DNA from: an uncultured Lachnospiraceae bacterium
Lineage (GTDB): Bacteria; Bacillota; Clostridia; Oscillospirales; CAG-272
Length of the DNA stretch: 64,000 nt
Reading direction: 5' to 3'
NCBI GenBank assembly: GCA_964638675.1
Contig: CAZXAU010000010.1
Location: 8,272 to 72,271 of the forward strand
A program made the translations under genes and the position numbers. The notes beneath the pieces were generated by a model. The model was not told the origin of the DNA. It saw only the letters and a program-made list of their open reading frames with translations, and did not search any database. Below are positions 54,511 to 64,000 of the stretch, in pieces; the first letter of the stretch is position 1, and every line of letters begins with the position of its first letter.

Positions 54511-55713
54511 TTATTGAGCATTACTGTTCAAAAAATCAGAATCTATCTTTCTGTAACCGCCGAAGCTTGACGGGCAGGCGTAAATTTCTTCTGCAAGCTC
54601 TTTGCCGAGGAACAGATCTGTAATTGAATTCAGCTTTGCAGTGATATCGATATCCGAAAAACTGTCTGGATATACTGTTTTTGCTATAAACCATGCATTT
54701 GCAAGTGCGATCTCATAGTTTGTATAGTATGAATTATACGCCATCTGAAGATATACATTGCCATTGTTCCATGCCTTTGAGCAATCAAAAAGTGCGTGAT
54801 CTTCGGCAAAAAGAGGTTTGATATTTTTTATAGCGGCGGCATCGATAAACATTATATCTGTTTTCTCGCCAAGCGAAACAAACTTTTCAGCTTCAATAGC
54901 ACCGATGCCCTTCATTCCAAGATCTGAAAGAACATTTTTTACAGATGTAACAGTAAATGTCGAATAGTTCTCACATGTAAAAAGATGATTTGTCGTTCCC
55001 CAGTTGCCGAGGCCGCCTATATAGACATAGGGTTTATCCTCGTCTTTTATACTGCCGGTTCTTCTTGCAATTTCGGCTGATTCGCTCTCAACAAATGACA
55101 CGATCTCCTCTGCTCTTTCGTTTTTACCGAATATCTCTCCGAGCAATTTCATACTTCCATTGAATTCATCGCCGAAAACGCCTGACGGCCCCGAACGAAG
55201 AGTGATGACAGGAACACCGAGCTGATTCTGAAGCGAGTCTTCCTTATCTGCGTCCTCGTATTCCGATATGACAATATCGGGATCACATGAGAGTATCTTT
55301 TCAGGCTCTGCCGTCTGTGCGTTAGGCCCTCCGACACCGCATGATGGCAGCTTTGAAAAGCTGTCGCCGAACGCCATTACATATGGACGAGGCGAAGAGT
55401 CGAACATCTTCGGTCTTTGGGAGAGCGTGAGATTGTCGATATCCTCTACTCCGCAGAGCAGTGAGATATCACCGACATATGAATACATACGCAGGGCTCC
55501 TGCACCTATACATACTACCCTTTTGTAGCTGCCGGGTGTCACTTCAACTTCCCTGCCTATCATGTCTTTAACCACGATACTCTGCCTGCCGCTGTCGGTC
55601 AGCGCCGCCGAAGTGTCGGGCGTTTTTGTGTTATCGGCATCATTGCAGAAAACGAGTGACAAGGACATACACAAAAGCAGAAACAAGGCCGTTATTTTTC
55701 TGATTGATTTCAT
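54511..55713 (-). CDS. ABC transporter substrate-binding lipoprotein (iron-siderophore/cobalamin type, PBP class III)
   Basis: Lipobox LSLVFC. It follows a FecCD permease and ATPase in the same operon. Confidence 0.85.
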   Translation of the reverse strand: MKSIRKITALFLLLCMSLSLVFCNDADNTKTPDTSAALTDSGRQSIVVKDMIGREVEVTPGSYKRVVCIGAGALRMYSYVGDISLLCGVEDIDNLTLSQRPKMFDSSPRPYVMAFGDSFSKLPSCGVGGPNAQTAEPEKILSCDPDIVISEYEDADKEDSLQNQLGVPVITLRSGPSGVFGDEFNGSMKLLGEIFGKNERAEEIVSFVESESAEIARRTGSIKDEDKPYVYIGGLGNWGTTNHLFTCENYSTFTVTSVKNVLSDLGMKGIGAIEAEKFVSLGEKTDIMFIDAAAIKNIKPLFAEDHALFDCSKAWNNGNVYLQMAYNSYYTNYEIALANAWFIAKTVYPDSFSDIDITAKLNSITDLFLGKELAEEIYACPSSFGGYRKIDSDFLNSNAQ

Positions 55714-55744
55714 TGTTTCATTCCTTCCTGATATATAAAATAGA

Positions 55745-56506
55745 TTACTTTATTGCGAGGATTCTCCCTTTGACTTCGACAAGCTTTATATCTACGCCGT
55801 ATATATCTCTGAGTACATCCTCACTTATACACATCGGGGCGAGATCGTATGCAATTTTTCCGTCCTTCATAAAGAAAAATCTGTTTCCGAGGGAGAGAGC
55901 TGTATTGAGATCGTGCAGGGATATCAGAATTGATATCTTCTTTTTTTCTGCAAGATGCCGCACAATGTCCGAAAGCATAAATTCATTTGCAATATCGAGA
56001 TTGCCTGTCGGCTCGTCAAAAACTATAAGCTCAGGCTCGCCTACAAGCGCACGTGCTATGGCAACCTTTTGCTTTTCACCGCCCGAGAGACTGTCGGCAA
56101 ACCGTCCTGACAGCCCTGAAAGTCCTGTTTCCTCAATTATTTCATTCGTTTTATCTATATCGCACTTACTCGGGTAAAGTCCGAAATACGGCATTCTTCC
56201 GAGCAGAACGCTGTCAAAAACAGTCAGCTCACCGAAATTTATATTTTGCGGAACATATCCTATCAGCCTTGCTCTCTGTTTGCGCGGCATTTTCAATATG
56301 TCCTTGCCGTTAAAGCATATACTCCCCTTTGAAGGATTCAGAATTCCGAGAATATTTGAAAATAGTGTAGTCTTTCCGCTTCCGTTTTTTCCGAGCAGAA
56401 TTCCGATCTCGCCCATGCCCAGGGAAAGATCAACTCCCTGCAGAACCTCGGGTGAGCTTTTATGATTTGTTTTATATGAAAAGTGAAGATCCTTTATATC
56501 AAGCAT
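55745..56506 (-). CDS. ABC transporter ATP-binding protein (FecE/BtuD-like)
   Basis: Contains GKNGSGKTT, LSGGEKQK and LIVFDEPT. The start is set at MLDIKDL behind GGGGAAAGG. Confidence 0.9.
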   Translation of the reverse strand: MLDIKDLHFSYKTNHKSSPEVLQGVDLSLGMGEIGILLGKNGSGKTTLFSNILGILNPSKGSICFNGKDILKMPRKQRARLIGYVPQNINFGELTVFDSVLLGRMPYFGLYPSKCDIDKTNEIIEETGLSGLSGRFADSLSGGEKQKVAIARALVGEPELIVFDEPTGNLDIANEFMLSDIVRHLAEKKKISILISLHDLNTALSLGNRFFFMKDGKIAYDLAPMCISEDVLRDIYGVDIKLVEVKGRILAIK

Positions 56507-57548
56507 TGCCTTTCCCCCTCTTTCCCAATATAAGTGCGATAAAGAAAGGTGCACCGAGCAGTGACGTAACAGCTCCGACAGGAAGAGCAGAACCGCCGCC
56601 GACAGTTCTTGACAGTGAATCGGCGACAAGGAGAAGCAGACTTCCGAGAAGAGCCGATGATATAATTGTATACCTGTGATCCTGCGAGAGCAGTTTTTTT
56701 GCAATATGCGGACATATTATTCCGACAAATCCGATCGTGCCGAGAAACGAGACGCATACGGCGGTCAACGCAGATGTCAAAAGGAGTGAAAAAAATCTGA
56801 AACGGGAAAGATCGATTCCGAGTGACAGGGCGCTTGCATCACCAGATAAAAGAGCGTTGTATTTCCATGAACCAAGCGCAAAGCAGACAATACAGAAAAC
56901 CAAAACAGCAAGCATTATGAGATCGGTCTTATAGCTTGCACGTGAAAGATCTCCGAAATTCCAGACAACAGCGGCAGAAAGTCCGACGTCTGTTGCATAA
57001 AACTGCAATATACTTGTAAGCGCCGACCAAACACTACCGAGTGCAATTCCCGACAGAACAAGTACGCCAGGGGAAAATGAGCGTTTTTTGCAGAGTCCGA
57101 GAATTACGAGAGTTGACAAAAGCGAAAAGATAAACGCCGCTAAACTTGTCGAAAATGGATTCACCCCCGATATAGCATACGATAGGTTTTTTCCCGTTTC
57201 AAGAAAACCGCCTGCAAATACGATAATAGATAAATTAGCGCCGAAAACCGCCGAATTTGTGATGCCGAGAGTTGAAGGAGACGCCATCGTGTTGCCAAGA
57301 ACCGTCTGCATTATCAGCCCCGAGAGCGAAAGTCCTGCCCCTGCAATTATCGCCGCAAGCACACGCGGAATTCTGATATTGCGGATTATCCTTATATTGC
57401 TCTCGCTTCCCTTCCCGAACAGCGCCGATATTCCGTCACTCAGCGTCATTCCGGATGAGCCGACAAAAAGGCAGACAAACGACATGATCAGAAGTGAAAT
57501 CGAGAGAATGCATATAATCAGAATATTTTTTCTTTTATTTTTTTTCAT
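56499..57548 (-). CDS. FecCD-family ABC permease
   Basis: Polytopic protein with typical FecCD segments (RIPRVLAAIIAGAGLSLSG, GTIGFVGLI-like GTIGFVGIICPHIAK). Confidence 0.9.
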   Translation of the reverse strand: MKKNKRKNILIICILSISLLIMSFVCLFVGSSGMTLSDGISALFGKGSESNIRIIRNIRIPRVLAAIIAGAGLSLSGLIMQTVLGNTMASPSTLGITNSAVFGANLSIIVFAGGFLETGKNLSYAISGVNPFSTSLAAFIFSLLSTLVILGLCKKRSFSPGVLVLSGIALGSVWSALTSILQFYATDVGLSAAVVWNFGDLSRASYKTDLIMLAVLVFCIVCFALGSWKYNALLSGDASALSLGIDLSRFRFFSLLLTSALTAVCVSFLGTIGFVGIICPHIAKKLLSQDHRYTIISSALLGSLLLLVADSLSRTVGGGSALPVGAVTSLLGAPFFIALILGKRGKGNA

Positions 57549-57759
57549 ATGCCATCCCCTTCAGACAAAATAAAGCTGTCGATCTTCACTTCTGTGAAAA
57601 AACGACAGCTTCAACTATCAATTCATAGGTCAAAATATTATGTAATGCTCTCATCATCTTTGCTGATATTGCTTCAGCAATATTTCAAATCAGCTTCTGC
57701 CGATACATAGGTGCAAAGAATAAACGAAATTCATAAGATATCATATCATATTTTTTCTC

Positions 57760-58167
57760 TTATTTCAAGAGCTTTTTTATTTTTTCTATACAATCATTTA
57801 TAAGCAGTGTTGTATTGACATCCGACAGCCCGGCAATATAGTTATCGCAAAGGTTCATGGGTATGAGTATACGAACCGCATTGCTCTGTGAAATTGCAAG
57901 CGCCATTTTTGGGGTGATCTCACCGTACAGCGAATCTGCTATCACTATGCCCACAGGGCCTGTGATAATGTCAGCGCTCCTGCATGAGACAATGACCGCA
58001 TTTTCGCCTGTTGCGGCGTGATCTGCTCCCGATTTCAGCATTGCCTGCGTTGCAAGTGCGTTTGTTCCTACGGCAATCAGATCAATCTCGGGAATTTCTT
58101 TTTTTATTCTCTCGATAATACGGCATCCGACACCGCCGCCCTGACCGTCAACTACAAGTATTTTCAT
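57760..58167 (-). CDS. DUF3842-like small protein
   Basis: MKILVVDGQGGGVGCRIIERIK matches my memory of the DUF3842 N-terminus. Function unknown. Confidence 0.55.
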   Translation of the reverse strand: MKILVVDGQGGGVGCRIIERIKKEIPEIDLIAVGTNALATQAMLKSGADHAATGENAVIVSCRSADIITGPVGIVIADSLYGEITPKMALAISQSNAVRILIPMNLCDNYIAGLSDVNTTLLINDCIEKIKKLLK

Positions 58168-58199
58168 ATTTAACTGTACCTTTCACGATAAATCGCTGT

Positions 58200-58961
58200 T
58201 TATAAATAGTCAGCCATGACATCTTCAAAACCAAATAGTATATTTTCTTTTGAATGGCTGTCGCTTGACAATATGAATTTTGCGCCCTTGCTCTTTAAAT
58301 AATCGTAGATATTTCTTGCAGGGTAAGGAGTGGTGCGGTACCCTCTCGATATAGCACCTGTGTTGATCTCAAACGGTATTGAATAAGCAAGCAGTGCATC
58401 TGCCGCCTTTTTTGCGGCTATTTTATACCGTTCACAACTTGTATCAAACAAAGGTTCTTTCTCAATGAATTTTGTTATAAGATCAAAATGCCCTATGACG
58501 GTAGGAGATATGCGTTCCGGGATAGCGGCGACATTTTCATAATACTTTTCAACAAGAGAGTACATATCACCCGAAAAATATCTTTCTGCTACAAATTTCA
58601 GTATATCGGGAGATTCATCTACTGCAAAATATTCATTTCCCACATTTATATAGTGTGCCGAACCTATGACAAAATCGAAATCATCTGTCGGCTCGTTTGA
58701 AAAGAGATCCTGCTCTATTCCGCACAAAATGTTTATCTTTCCGTTGTACTTTGCTTTAAGTGAATTTATGCATTCTTTGTATTCTGCAATCCGCTCTTTG
58801 GCAATACAATAGCTTTCATCAAACTGCGTATAGGAATGATCGGAAAAGCCTATAGTATCCATTCCCTTTTCTATCGCCGAGAGAACCACCCGCTCGGGAT
58901 CATCCCTGCCGTCACTGAATGTCGTATGGACATGAATATCCTTTTTTAGCAATGACGTCAT
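58200..58961 (-). CDS. hisK: Histidinol-phosphatase, PHP family
   Basis: Contains [11 protein letters not shown] and other PHP His/Asp motifs. It is the last gene of the his operon. Confidence 0.85.
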   Translation of the reverse strand: MTSLLKKDIHVHTTFSDGRDDPERVVLSAIEKGMDTIGFSDHSYTQFDESYCIAKERIAEYKECINSLKAKYNGKINILCGIEQDLFSNEPTDDFDFVIGSAHYINVGNEYFAVDESPDILKFVAERYFSGDMYSLVEKYYENVAAIPERISPTVIGHFDLITKFIEKEPLFDTSCERYKIAAKKAADALLAYSIPFEINTGAISRGYRTTPYPARNIYDYLKSKGAKFILSSDSHSKENILFGFEDVMADYL

Positions 58962-59608
58962 GAAGTCATTTTCTCCTGTTTGACCTTCTTGTCTATAACG
59001 TGGCGTGAAGCAAGCTCCTTATGGATATCCTCAAGCGTAATTCCGCTCTGCACCATAAGAACCATCACATGATAAGCAAGATCGGCGATCTCGTATATTG
59101 TTTCCTTCTTATCCTCAGCCTTAGCCGCAATTATGACCTCGGTCGATTCCTCGCCAACCTTTTTCAGTATTTTATCAAGTCCTTTTTCAAAGAGATATGT
59201 CGTATAAGAACCCTCTTTTTTCTCTGCTTTTCTGCCTTTAAGCAGTTCAAAAAGACCTTCATAAGAAAATTCATGTCTTTCATCACTCTCAAAAAGTGTA
59301 TTTGTAAAGCAAGAGTATGAGCCTGTATGGCATGCAGGGCCGTCGGGTTCGACCATTACAACAAGTGCATCCTTATCGCAGTCTGCTGTTATTGAAACAA
59401 TATGCTGATAGTTTCCGCTCGTTTCGCCTTTAAGCCAGAGCTCCTGTCTTGAACGGCTGTAAAAGCATGTAAGTCCTTTTTCTATCGAGATCGCAAGCGA
59501 TTCTCTGTTCATGTATGCAAGTGTTAAAACCTTTTTGGTAATAGCATCAACAACTATAGCGGGAATAAGACCGTTCCCGTCAAACTTCAATTCTTCTGTA
59601 TTCAACAT
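58958..59608 (-). CDS. hisIE: Bifunctional phosphoribosyl-AMP cyclohydrolase / phosphoribosyl-ATP pyrophosphatase
   Basis: Contains [23 protein letters not shown] and CHTG (HisI), then YTTYLFEKG (HisE). Confidence 0.93.
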   Translation of the reverse strand: MLNTEELKFDGNGLIPAIVVDAITKKVLTLAYMNRESLAISIEKGLTCFYSRSRQELWLKGETSGNYQHIVSITADCDKDALVVMVEPDGPACHTGSYSCFTNTLFESDERHEFSYEGLFELLKGRKAEKKEGSYTTYLFEKGLDKILKKVGEESTEVIIAAKAEDKKETIYEIADLAYHVMVLMVQSGITLEDIHKELASRHVIDKKVKQEKMTS

Positions 59609-59646
59609 TTTCTGATATCTTCCTTTCGCATCTTTCGTTTCTTTAA

Positions 59647-60405
59647 TCAGATTCTGACGGGTATACCGTGTTTTTTCATTTCGTTTTTAAGATCGGGTAT
59701 TTTAACTTCACCGAAATGGAATATAGACGCCGCAAGTCCGGCATCAACTCCGGGAAGCTTATTGAACAGCTCGATAAAATCATCGATCTTTCCTGCTCCG
59801 CCCGATGCTATGACCGGAACGCTGACAGCCTCACATACCTTTTCAAGCAATTCCAGATCAAAGCCCTGCTTCACGCCGTCGGTGTCTATCGAATTTACGA
59901 CAATTTCACCGGCTCCCGAGTTTACGCCTCTTTTTATCCACTCGATAGCTTCAATACCTGTGTTCTCTCTGCCGCCCTTGACAAAAACTCTGAAAATTCC
60001 GTCAACACGCTTTACATCGACCGATAGGACAACACACTGATCTCCGTACAGCTTTGCCGCTTTTTCTATAAGAGACGGGTCTTTTACCGCACCCGAATTT
60101 ACACTGACCTTATCCGCACCGCATTTCAGTACACGGTCAAAATCGTCAAGCGTATTTATGCCGCCGCCTACTGTCAGAGGAATAAATATATTTCTTGCAG
60201 TTTCGCACAGAATATCGGTGAAAAGCTTTCTACCGTCACTTGAAGCCGTAATATCGTAGAACACAAGCTCATCCGCTCCGCATTCACTGTAGTGCTTTGC
60301 AAACTCGACAGGAGACGCAATATCACGCAGACCGTCAAAATTGACACCCTTAACTACCTTGCCGTTTCTCACATCAAGGCATGGTATAATTCTTTTTGTT
60401 ATCAT
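59647..60405 (-). CDS. hisF: Imidazole glycerol phosphate synthase cyclase subunit
   Basis: Contains [18 protein letters not shown] and ASGGAG. Confidence 0.95.
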   Translation of the reverse strand: MITKRIIPCLDVRNGKVVKGVNFDGLRDIASPVEFAKHYSECGADELVFYDITASSDGRKLFTDILCETARNIFIPLTVGGGINTLDDFDRVLKCGADKVSVNSGAVKDPSLIEKAAKLYGDQCVVLSVDVKRVDGIFRVFVKGGRENTGIEAIEWIKRGVNSGAGEIVVNSIDTDGVKQGFDLELLEKVCEAVSVPVIASGGAGKIDDFIELFNKLPGVDAGLAASIFHFGEVKIPDLKNEMKKHGIPVRI

Positions 60406-60406
60406 A

Positions 60407-61120
60407 TTATATTGACACCTCAATTGCCTTTCTCAGATCGATAGCGCCGGTATAGTATGCTTTGCCTATGATAGCACCGTATATACCGAGTGAGCGCAAT
60501 GCCACGACATCGTCAAGTGATGAGACGCCGCCCGATGCGGTTATATCAATTGAAAAACGCTTCGACAGCTCAGAGTAAAGTTCTCTGTTCGTTCCGATCA
60601 TCGCACCGTCTTTGGATATATCGGTGCATATGATATTCCTGACACCCATTTTCTCCATTTTATCACAAAATACAAATGCATCGATTCCCGATTTCTCTGT
60701 CCATCCCTTTACGGCAACCTCGCCATCCTTTATATCGATTCCGACAGCTATTTTATCTTTGTATTCTTTGATCGCCTGTCTTAAAAAATCTTCGTTTTCA
60801 ACAGCCGCAGTTCCGAGAATTACTCTGTCAAGACCGCTTATCAGATATTTCTCTGCAGTATCAAGACTCCTGATACCCCCGCCGATCTCACAGAAAAGTC
60901 CTGTCTCTTTTTTTATCGAGCATACGATATCAAAATTCGGCGTCTCTCCGCTTTTCGCTCCTTCAAGATCGACCAAATGTATTGCAGAACATCCGCAAGC
61001 CTTGAAATCGTAAGCTACTGACAGCGGGTTTTCATTATATACCGTTTTATTGGCATAGTCACCTTTATATAGTCTGACTGCCTGACCCTCATATAGATCT
61101 ATCGCAGGAAAAATCAGCAT
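60407..61120 (-). CDS. hisA: ProFAR isomerase
   Basis: Contains MLIFPAIDL..G..VRL and ASGGVSS. Confidence 0.93.
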   Translation of the reverse strand: MLIFPAIDLYEGQAVRLYKGDYANKTVYNENPLSVAYDFKACGCSAIHLVDLEGAKSGETPNFDIVCSIKKETGLFCEIGGGIRSLDTAEKYLISGLDRVILGTAAVENEDFLRQAIKEYKDKIAVGIDIKDGEVAVKGWTEKSGIDAFVFCDKMEKMGVRNIICTDISKDGAMIGTNRELYSELSKRFSIDITASGGVSSLDDVVALRSLGIYGAIIGKAYYTGAIDLRKAIEVSI

Positions 61121-61740
61121 ATCGCACCTTCTTTCATTTCACAGAACGCCCGAAGTATCTCAAGTCCTGTCTTTCCGCTCTTTTCGGGATGGAACTGACA
61201 GCCCATTATATTATCCTTTGCTACAGCCGCAGTTATCGGGCAACCGTATTCGCTCGTCGCTATAATGCTCTGCTCGCAGTCAACACCGCAATATGAGTGA
61301 ACAAAATATACATGCTCACCCTCGTTTACATATTTGAAAAGAGAATGTTTTTTTTCGCCGAAATGAAGCGAATTCCAACCCATATGCGGAATTTTGAGCG
61401 TCCCAACTTTATCCGATATCGGGACGACATTCCCCTTTATCAAGTCAAGTCCTTCATATTCTCCGTATTCAAAGCTCTTTGTAAAGAGCAGCTGCATTCC
61501 TAGGCATATCCCGAGAATCGGTTTTCCTTTTTGTGCCTCAGACAGAAATTCATCAAGAATTCCCGATGTTCTGAGCTTATTTGCGGCATCGCAAAATGCA
61601 CCGACACCCGGAAGAACGATCCTGTCAGCCTTTTTCAGCATCGAAGGATCTGACGATATGACAACCTGCTCGCCTATCATAGCAAACGAGGAAACGAGCG
61701 AAAAAAGATTGCCTACACCGTAATCTACAATTACCGTCAT
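61114..61740 (-). CDS. hisH: Imidazole glycerol phosphate synthase glutamine amidotransferase subunit
   Basis: Contains LPGVGAF, GICLGMQLL and QFHPEKS. Confidence 0.93.
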   Translation of the reverse strand: MTVIVDYGVGNLFSLVSSFAMIGEQVVISSDPSMLKKADRIVLPGVGAFCDAANKLRTSGILDEFLSEAQKGKPILGICLGMQLLFTKSFEYGEYEGLDLIKGNVVPISDKVGTLKIPHMGWNSLHFGEKKHSLFKYVNEGEHVYFVHSYCGVDCEQSIIATSEYGCPITAAVAKDNIMGCQFHPEKSGKTGLEILRAFCEMKEGAIC

Positions 61741-61752
61741 ATATTGAACTCC

Positions 61753-62340
61753 TTATAATACACCTTTGGTTGACGGCACTTCGTTTTTGAACCGCTCATC
61801 AACAGCGACAGCCTCACGAAGTGATCTTGCAACCGATTTATACGCACCCTCTATAATATGGTGCGAATTCTTTCCTGCAAGAGAGCGGATATGAAGGGCG
61901 CATGAAGCATTGCGGACAAATCCGAGCCAGAATTCCTCGACAAGCTCTGTGTCAAAATCTCCTACTTTTTCTGTAGGGATCGTCATCATATATCCGAGAC
62001 AGGCTCTTCCCGAGAAATCAACAGACGAGAGAATAAGTGCTTCATCCATCGCAAGTATCTTGTCTCCGTATCTGTGAATTCCCTTTTTATCGCCGAGTGC
62101 CTGTGTGAAAGCCATTCCAAGTGCTATGCCGATATCCTCAACACTGTGATGATAATCGACATATGTGTCGCCCTTACAGCTTACATCAAGATCAAACCTG
62201 CCGTGCGATGCAAAGAGGGTCAGCATATGGTCGAGGAATCCGCAACCTGTATCGATTCTGCTCTTTCCGCTACCGTCAAGCTCAAGTGACAGCTTTATAT
62301 CGGTCTCGGCAGTCTTTCTTTCTATGTATGCGCTTCTCAT
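61753..62340 (-). CDS. hisB: Imidazoleglycerol-phosphate dehydratase
   Basis: Contains RKTAETDI, GFLDHML, HHSVEDIGIALG and GKNSHHIIEA. Confidence 0.95.
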   Translation of the reverse strand: MRSAYIERKTAETDIKLSLELDGSGKSRIDTGCGFLDHMLTLFASHGRFDLDVSCKGDTYVDYHHSVEDIGIALGMAFTQALGDKKGIHRYGDKILAMDEALILSSVDFSGRACLGYMMTIPTEKVGDFDTELVEEFWLGFVRNASCALHIRSLAGKNSHHIIEGAYKSVARSLREAVAVDERFKNEVPSTKGVL

Positions 62341-63404
62341 TCTGCTTTCTCCGTAATTTCTTTCAGTGCTTTTATAAGCTCCTGCATCTGCTCATCGCTT
62401 CCGACAGTAATCCTGTTATAATCGCAAAGAAGTTCGGTGTCAAAATGTCTCACAAGAATTCCCATATCCTTAAGTTTCAGATATATCTCTTTTCCGGATA
62501 TCAAAGGATACTTTGCAAAAATGAAATTCGTCTTTGATTGGGTGACCGTAAATCCGAGCTTTTCAAGCTCTGCTATAGTCCACTGCCTTGTTTTTATAAT
62601 TTTTTCTACATTGCACTTAAAATATTCTTCATCGGCAAGCGCACCTATTCCCGCCGCCATTGTCATACGGTTGATATTATAGGGATTCGTCGAGTATTTT
62701 ATGGTGCGAAGGTCGTTTATAAGCTCCTTGCAGGCAACGCCGAAGCCAAGCCTTCCCCCGGCAAGCGAGCGTGATTTTGAGAATGTCTGACATACAATAA
62801 GGTTATTGTATTTTTTGATAAGCTCTATACAGCTTTCACCGCCGAAATCGACATAAGCTTCATCGATAACAACTATATTATCCGGATTCGATGCAACAAT
62901 TCGCTCGATATCGCCCTTTCCGAGCGACAGACCTGTGGGTGCATTCGGATTGGCAATAAAAATATTCTTTCCGATCGATATATAATCATCGGGGTTTATC
63001 GAAAAATCACTGCGGAGCGGAATCTGATAATACGGAACGCCGTTCAAGTTGGCAAAGACGGGATAAAATCCGTATGTTATATTCGGAAAAACAGCAGGGT
63101 GCGTATCGTCGCAAAACGCCATAAAACAGAAATTCAGAATTTCATCCGAACCGTTTGTGAAAAGAATCTCATCATCGTTTACGCCCAATTTCTCGGAAGC
63201 GATCTTTACAAGATCTCTGCATTCGGGATCGGAATAGAGCTGAAGGTCGCCTGCCGCTTCCCTTGCAAGCCTTTGTGCATATGGTGACGGCGGAAACGGT
63301 GATTCGTTTGTGTTAAGCTTGATATATTTTCGGTTTTGTGGCTGTTCTCCCGGTGTATAAGGCGTGAGAGCCGAAAATTTATTACTGAAAAAGCGTGTAC
63401 TCAT
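62337..63404 (-). CDS. hisC: Histidinol-phosphate aminotransferase
   Basis: Contains LNTNESPFPPSP, DEAYVDF and TFSKSRSLAGGRLG (PLP lysine). Confidence 0.93.
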   Translation of the reverse strand: MSTRFFSNKFSALTPYTPGEQPQNRKYIKLNTNESPFPPSPYAQRLAREAAGDLQLYSDPECRDLVKIASEKLGVNDDEILFTNGSDEILNFCFMAFCDDTHPAVFPNITYGFYPVFANLNGVPYYQIPLRSDFSINPDDYISIGKNIFIANPNAPTGLSLGKGDIERIVASNPDNIVVIDEAYVDFGGESCIELIKKYNNLIVCQTFSKSRSLAGGRLGFGVACKELINDLRTIKYSTNPYNINRMTMAAGIGALADEEYFKCNVEKIIKTRQWTIAELEKLGFTVTQSKTNFIFAKYPLISGKEIYLKLKDMGILVRHFDTELLCDYNRITVGSDEQMQELIKALKEITEKAE

Positions 63405-64000
63405 TTATCTCCTTCCTTTCCTTCCTCTTTGCGTATAATGGCGCTTTTTGCGTGTGCAGTAAGTCCCTCTTTTGTTGCGAATGCCGCAACATCGTCTGCA
63501 ACTCTGTCAAGAGCATCTTTTGTATAATATGTATATTGTGTTTTCTTTACGAATGTATCGACAGACAGCGGACTTGAAAACTTTGCGCTTCCGCTCGTCG
63601 GGAGCGTGTGGTTCGGTCCTGCAAAATAATCCCCGAGTGCCTCGGGACAGTTTCTACCCATAAATACAGAACCTGCATGGCGTATCGAATCAAGATAATC
63701 AAAGGGTGAATCGACACACAGCTCAAGATGCTCGGGTGCAATTTCGTTTGCAAGCTCAATTGCCTTTTTCAGATCGTCTGTTATGATGATCTTTCCGTTA
63801 TTGTCAATAGATGCCCTTGCGATTTCGGCACGCTCAAGAAGCGGGATCTGTTTTTCAAGTTCCTCGCTTACCCTCTGCCCAAAATCGGCAGAATCGGTTA
63901 TCAGAACAGCCGATGCCATTTTGTCATGCTCAGCCTGTGAAAGCAGATCTGCCGCCGCAAAGCGTGGGTTGGTCTTACCGTCCGAAACTATCATAATTTC
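63401..64000 (-). CDS. hisD: Histidinol dehydrogenase (C-terminal part, gene continues past window end)
   Basis: Contains QAEHD, APEHLEL and NHTLPTSGSAKFSSPLSV. Confidence 0.9.
   Translation of the reverse strand, partial: EIMIVSDGKTNPRFAAADLLSQAEHDKMASAVLITDSADFGQRVSEELEKQIPLLERAEIARASIDNNGKIIITDDLKKAIELANEIAPEHLELCVDSPFDYLDSIRHAGSVFMGRNCPEALGDYFAGPNHTLPTSGSAKFSSPLSVDTFVKKTQYTYYTKDALDRVADDVAAFATKEGLTAHAKSAIIRKEEGKEGDK

Noticed and set aside
57549-57759. Cobalamin or other riboswitch upstream of the FecCD/BtuF-type ABC importer.
   Set aside because: The interval has no B12-box-like GCCACUG and no GGGAA-type core. It contains only a terminator-like hairpin (AAGCTGTCG...CGACAGCTT) for the upstream DUF3842 gene and a small inverted repeat.
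1-64000. Window-wide scan for mobile elements, prophage genes, toxin-antitoxin pairs and known defence systems (restriction-modification, Abi, CBASS, retron or DGR reverse transcriptases, nucleases).
   Set aside because: I recognised no transposase, integrase, recombinase, reverse transcriptase, methyltransferase-endonuclease pair or phage structural gene by motif. The tRNA pair is not flanked by an integrase or by direct repeats that I could see.

Overview
This 64-kb chromosomal segment looks like a Clostridia-class Firmicute, judged from gene content only. Recognisable genes include uppP, an ABC-F ATPase, lepA-hemW, rlmN-stp-prkC, malQ, rpsO-pnp, nrdR, ppdK, nfnAB-like genes, a SleC-like germination lytic enzyme, a YtvI/AI-2E permease, and a his operon in the order hisD-C-B-H-A-F-IE plus a PHP histidinol phosphatase. 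I count about 55 protein genes and 2 tRNAs (Met-CAU, Glu-UUC). I found no rRNA, CRISPR, transposase, integrase, phage gene or recognisable defence gene. Most of the window is ordinary housekeeping. The stretch from about 33.6 to 51.8 kb is an accessory block with every gene on the minus strand. It holds a ClpC paralog, a split SleC-like cluster, a five-gene MoxR/DUF58/vWA operon, an orphan type IV pilin, and a four-gene nucleotide-sugar-like operon. The most unusual signal is a non-coding element of about 140-160 nt present in three copies (35787-35945, 46829-46971, 49067-49208). Each copy abuts the start codon of a minus-strand gene. All copies share a 100 percent conserved 24-nt palindrome and two near-identical flanking blocks, the centre is modular and variable, and the G.U to G-C changes fit an RNA only in gene orientation. 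I cannot assign it to any RNA family I know. I propose it is an undescribed cis-regulatory leader that links three transcription units. Secondary observations are listed here. (1) The SleC homolog is split into translationally coupled prepeptide-like and catalytic genes. (2) Three tandem 24-nt hairpins upstream of it show a compensatory double substitution. (3) The ClpC paralog lacks the M-domain and the D2 Walker B motif. (4) PNPase carries a 91-aa R/G-rich tail, and the pnp leader is structured. (5) A 1236-aa surface protein has 8 tandem Listeria-Bacteroides-type repeats. All family assignments come from motif recognition by eye. No database search was run.
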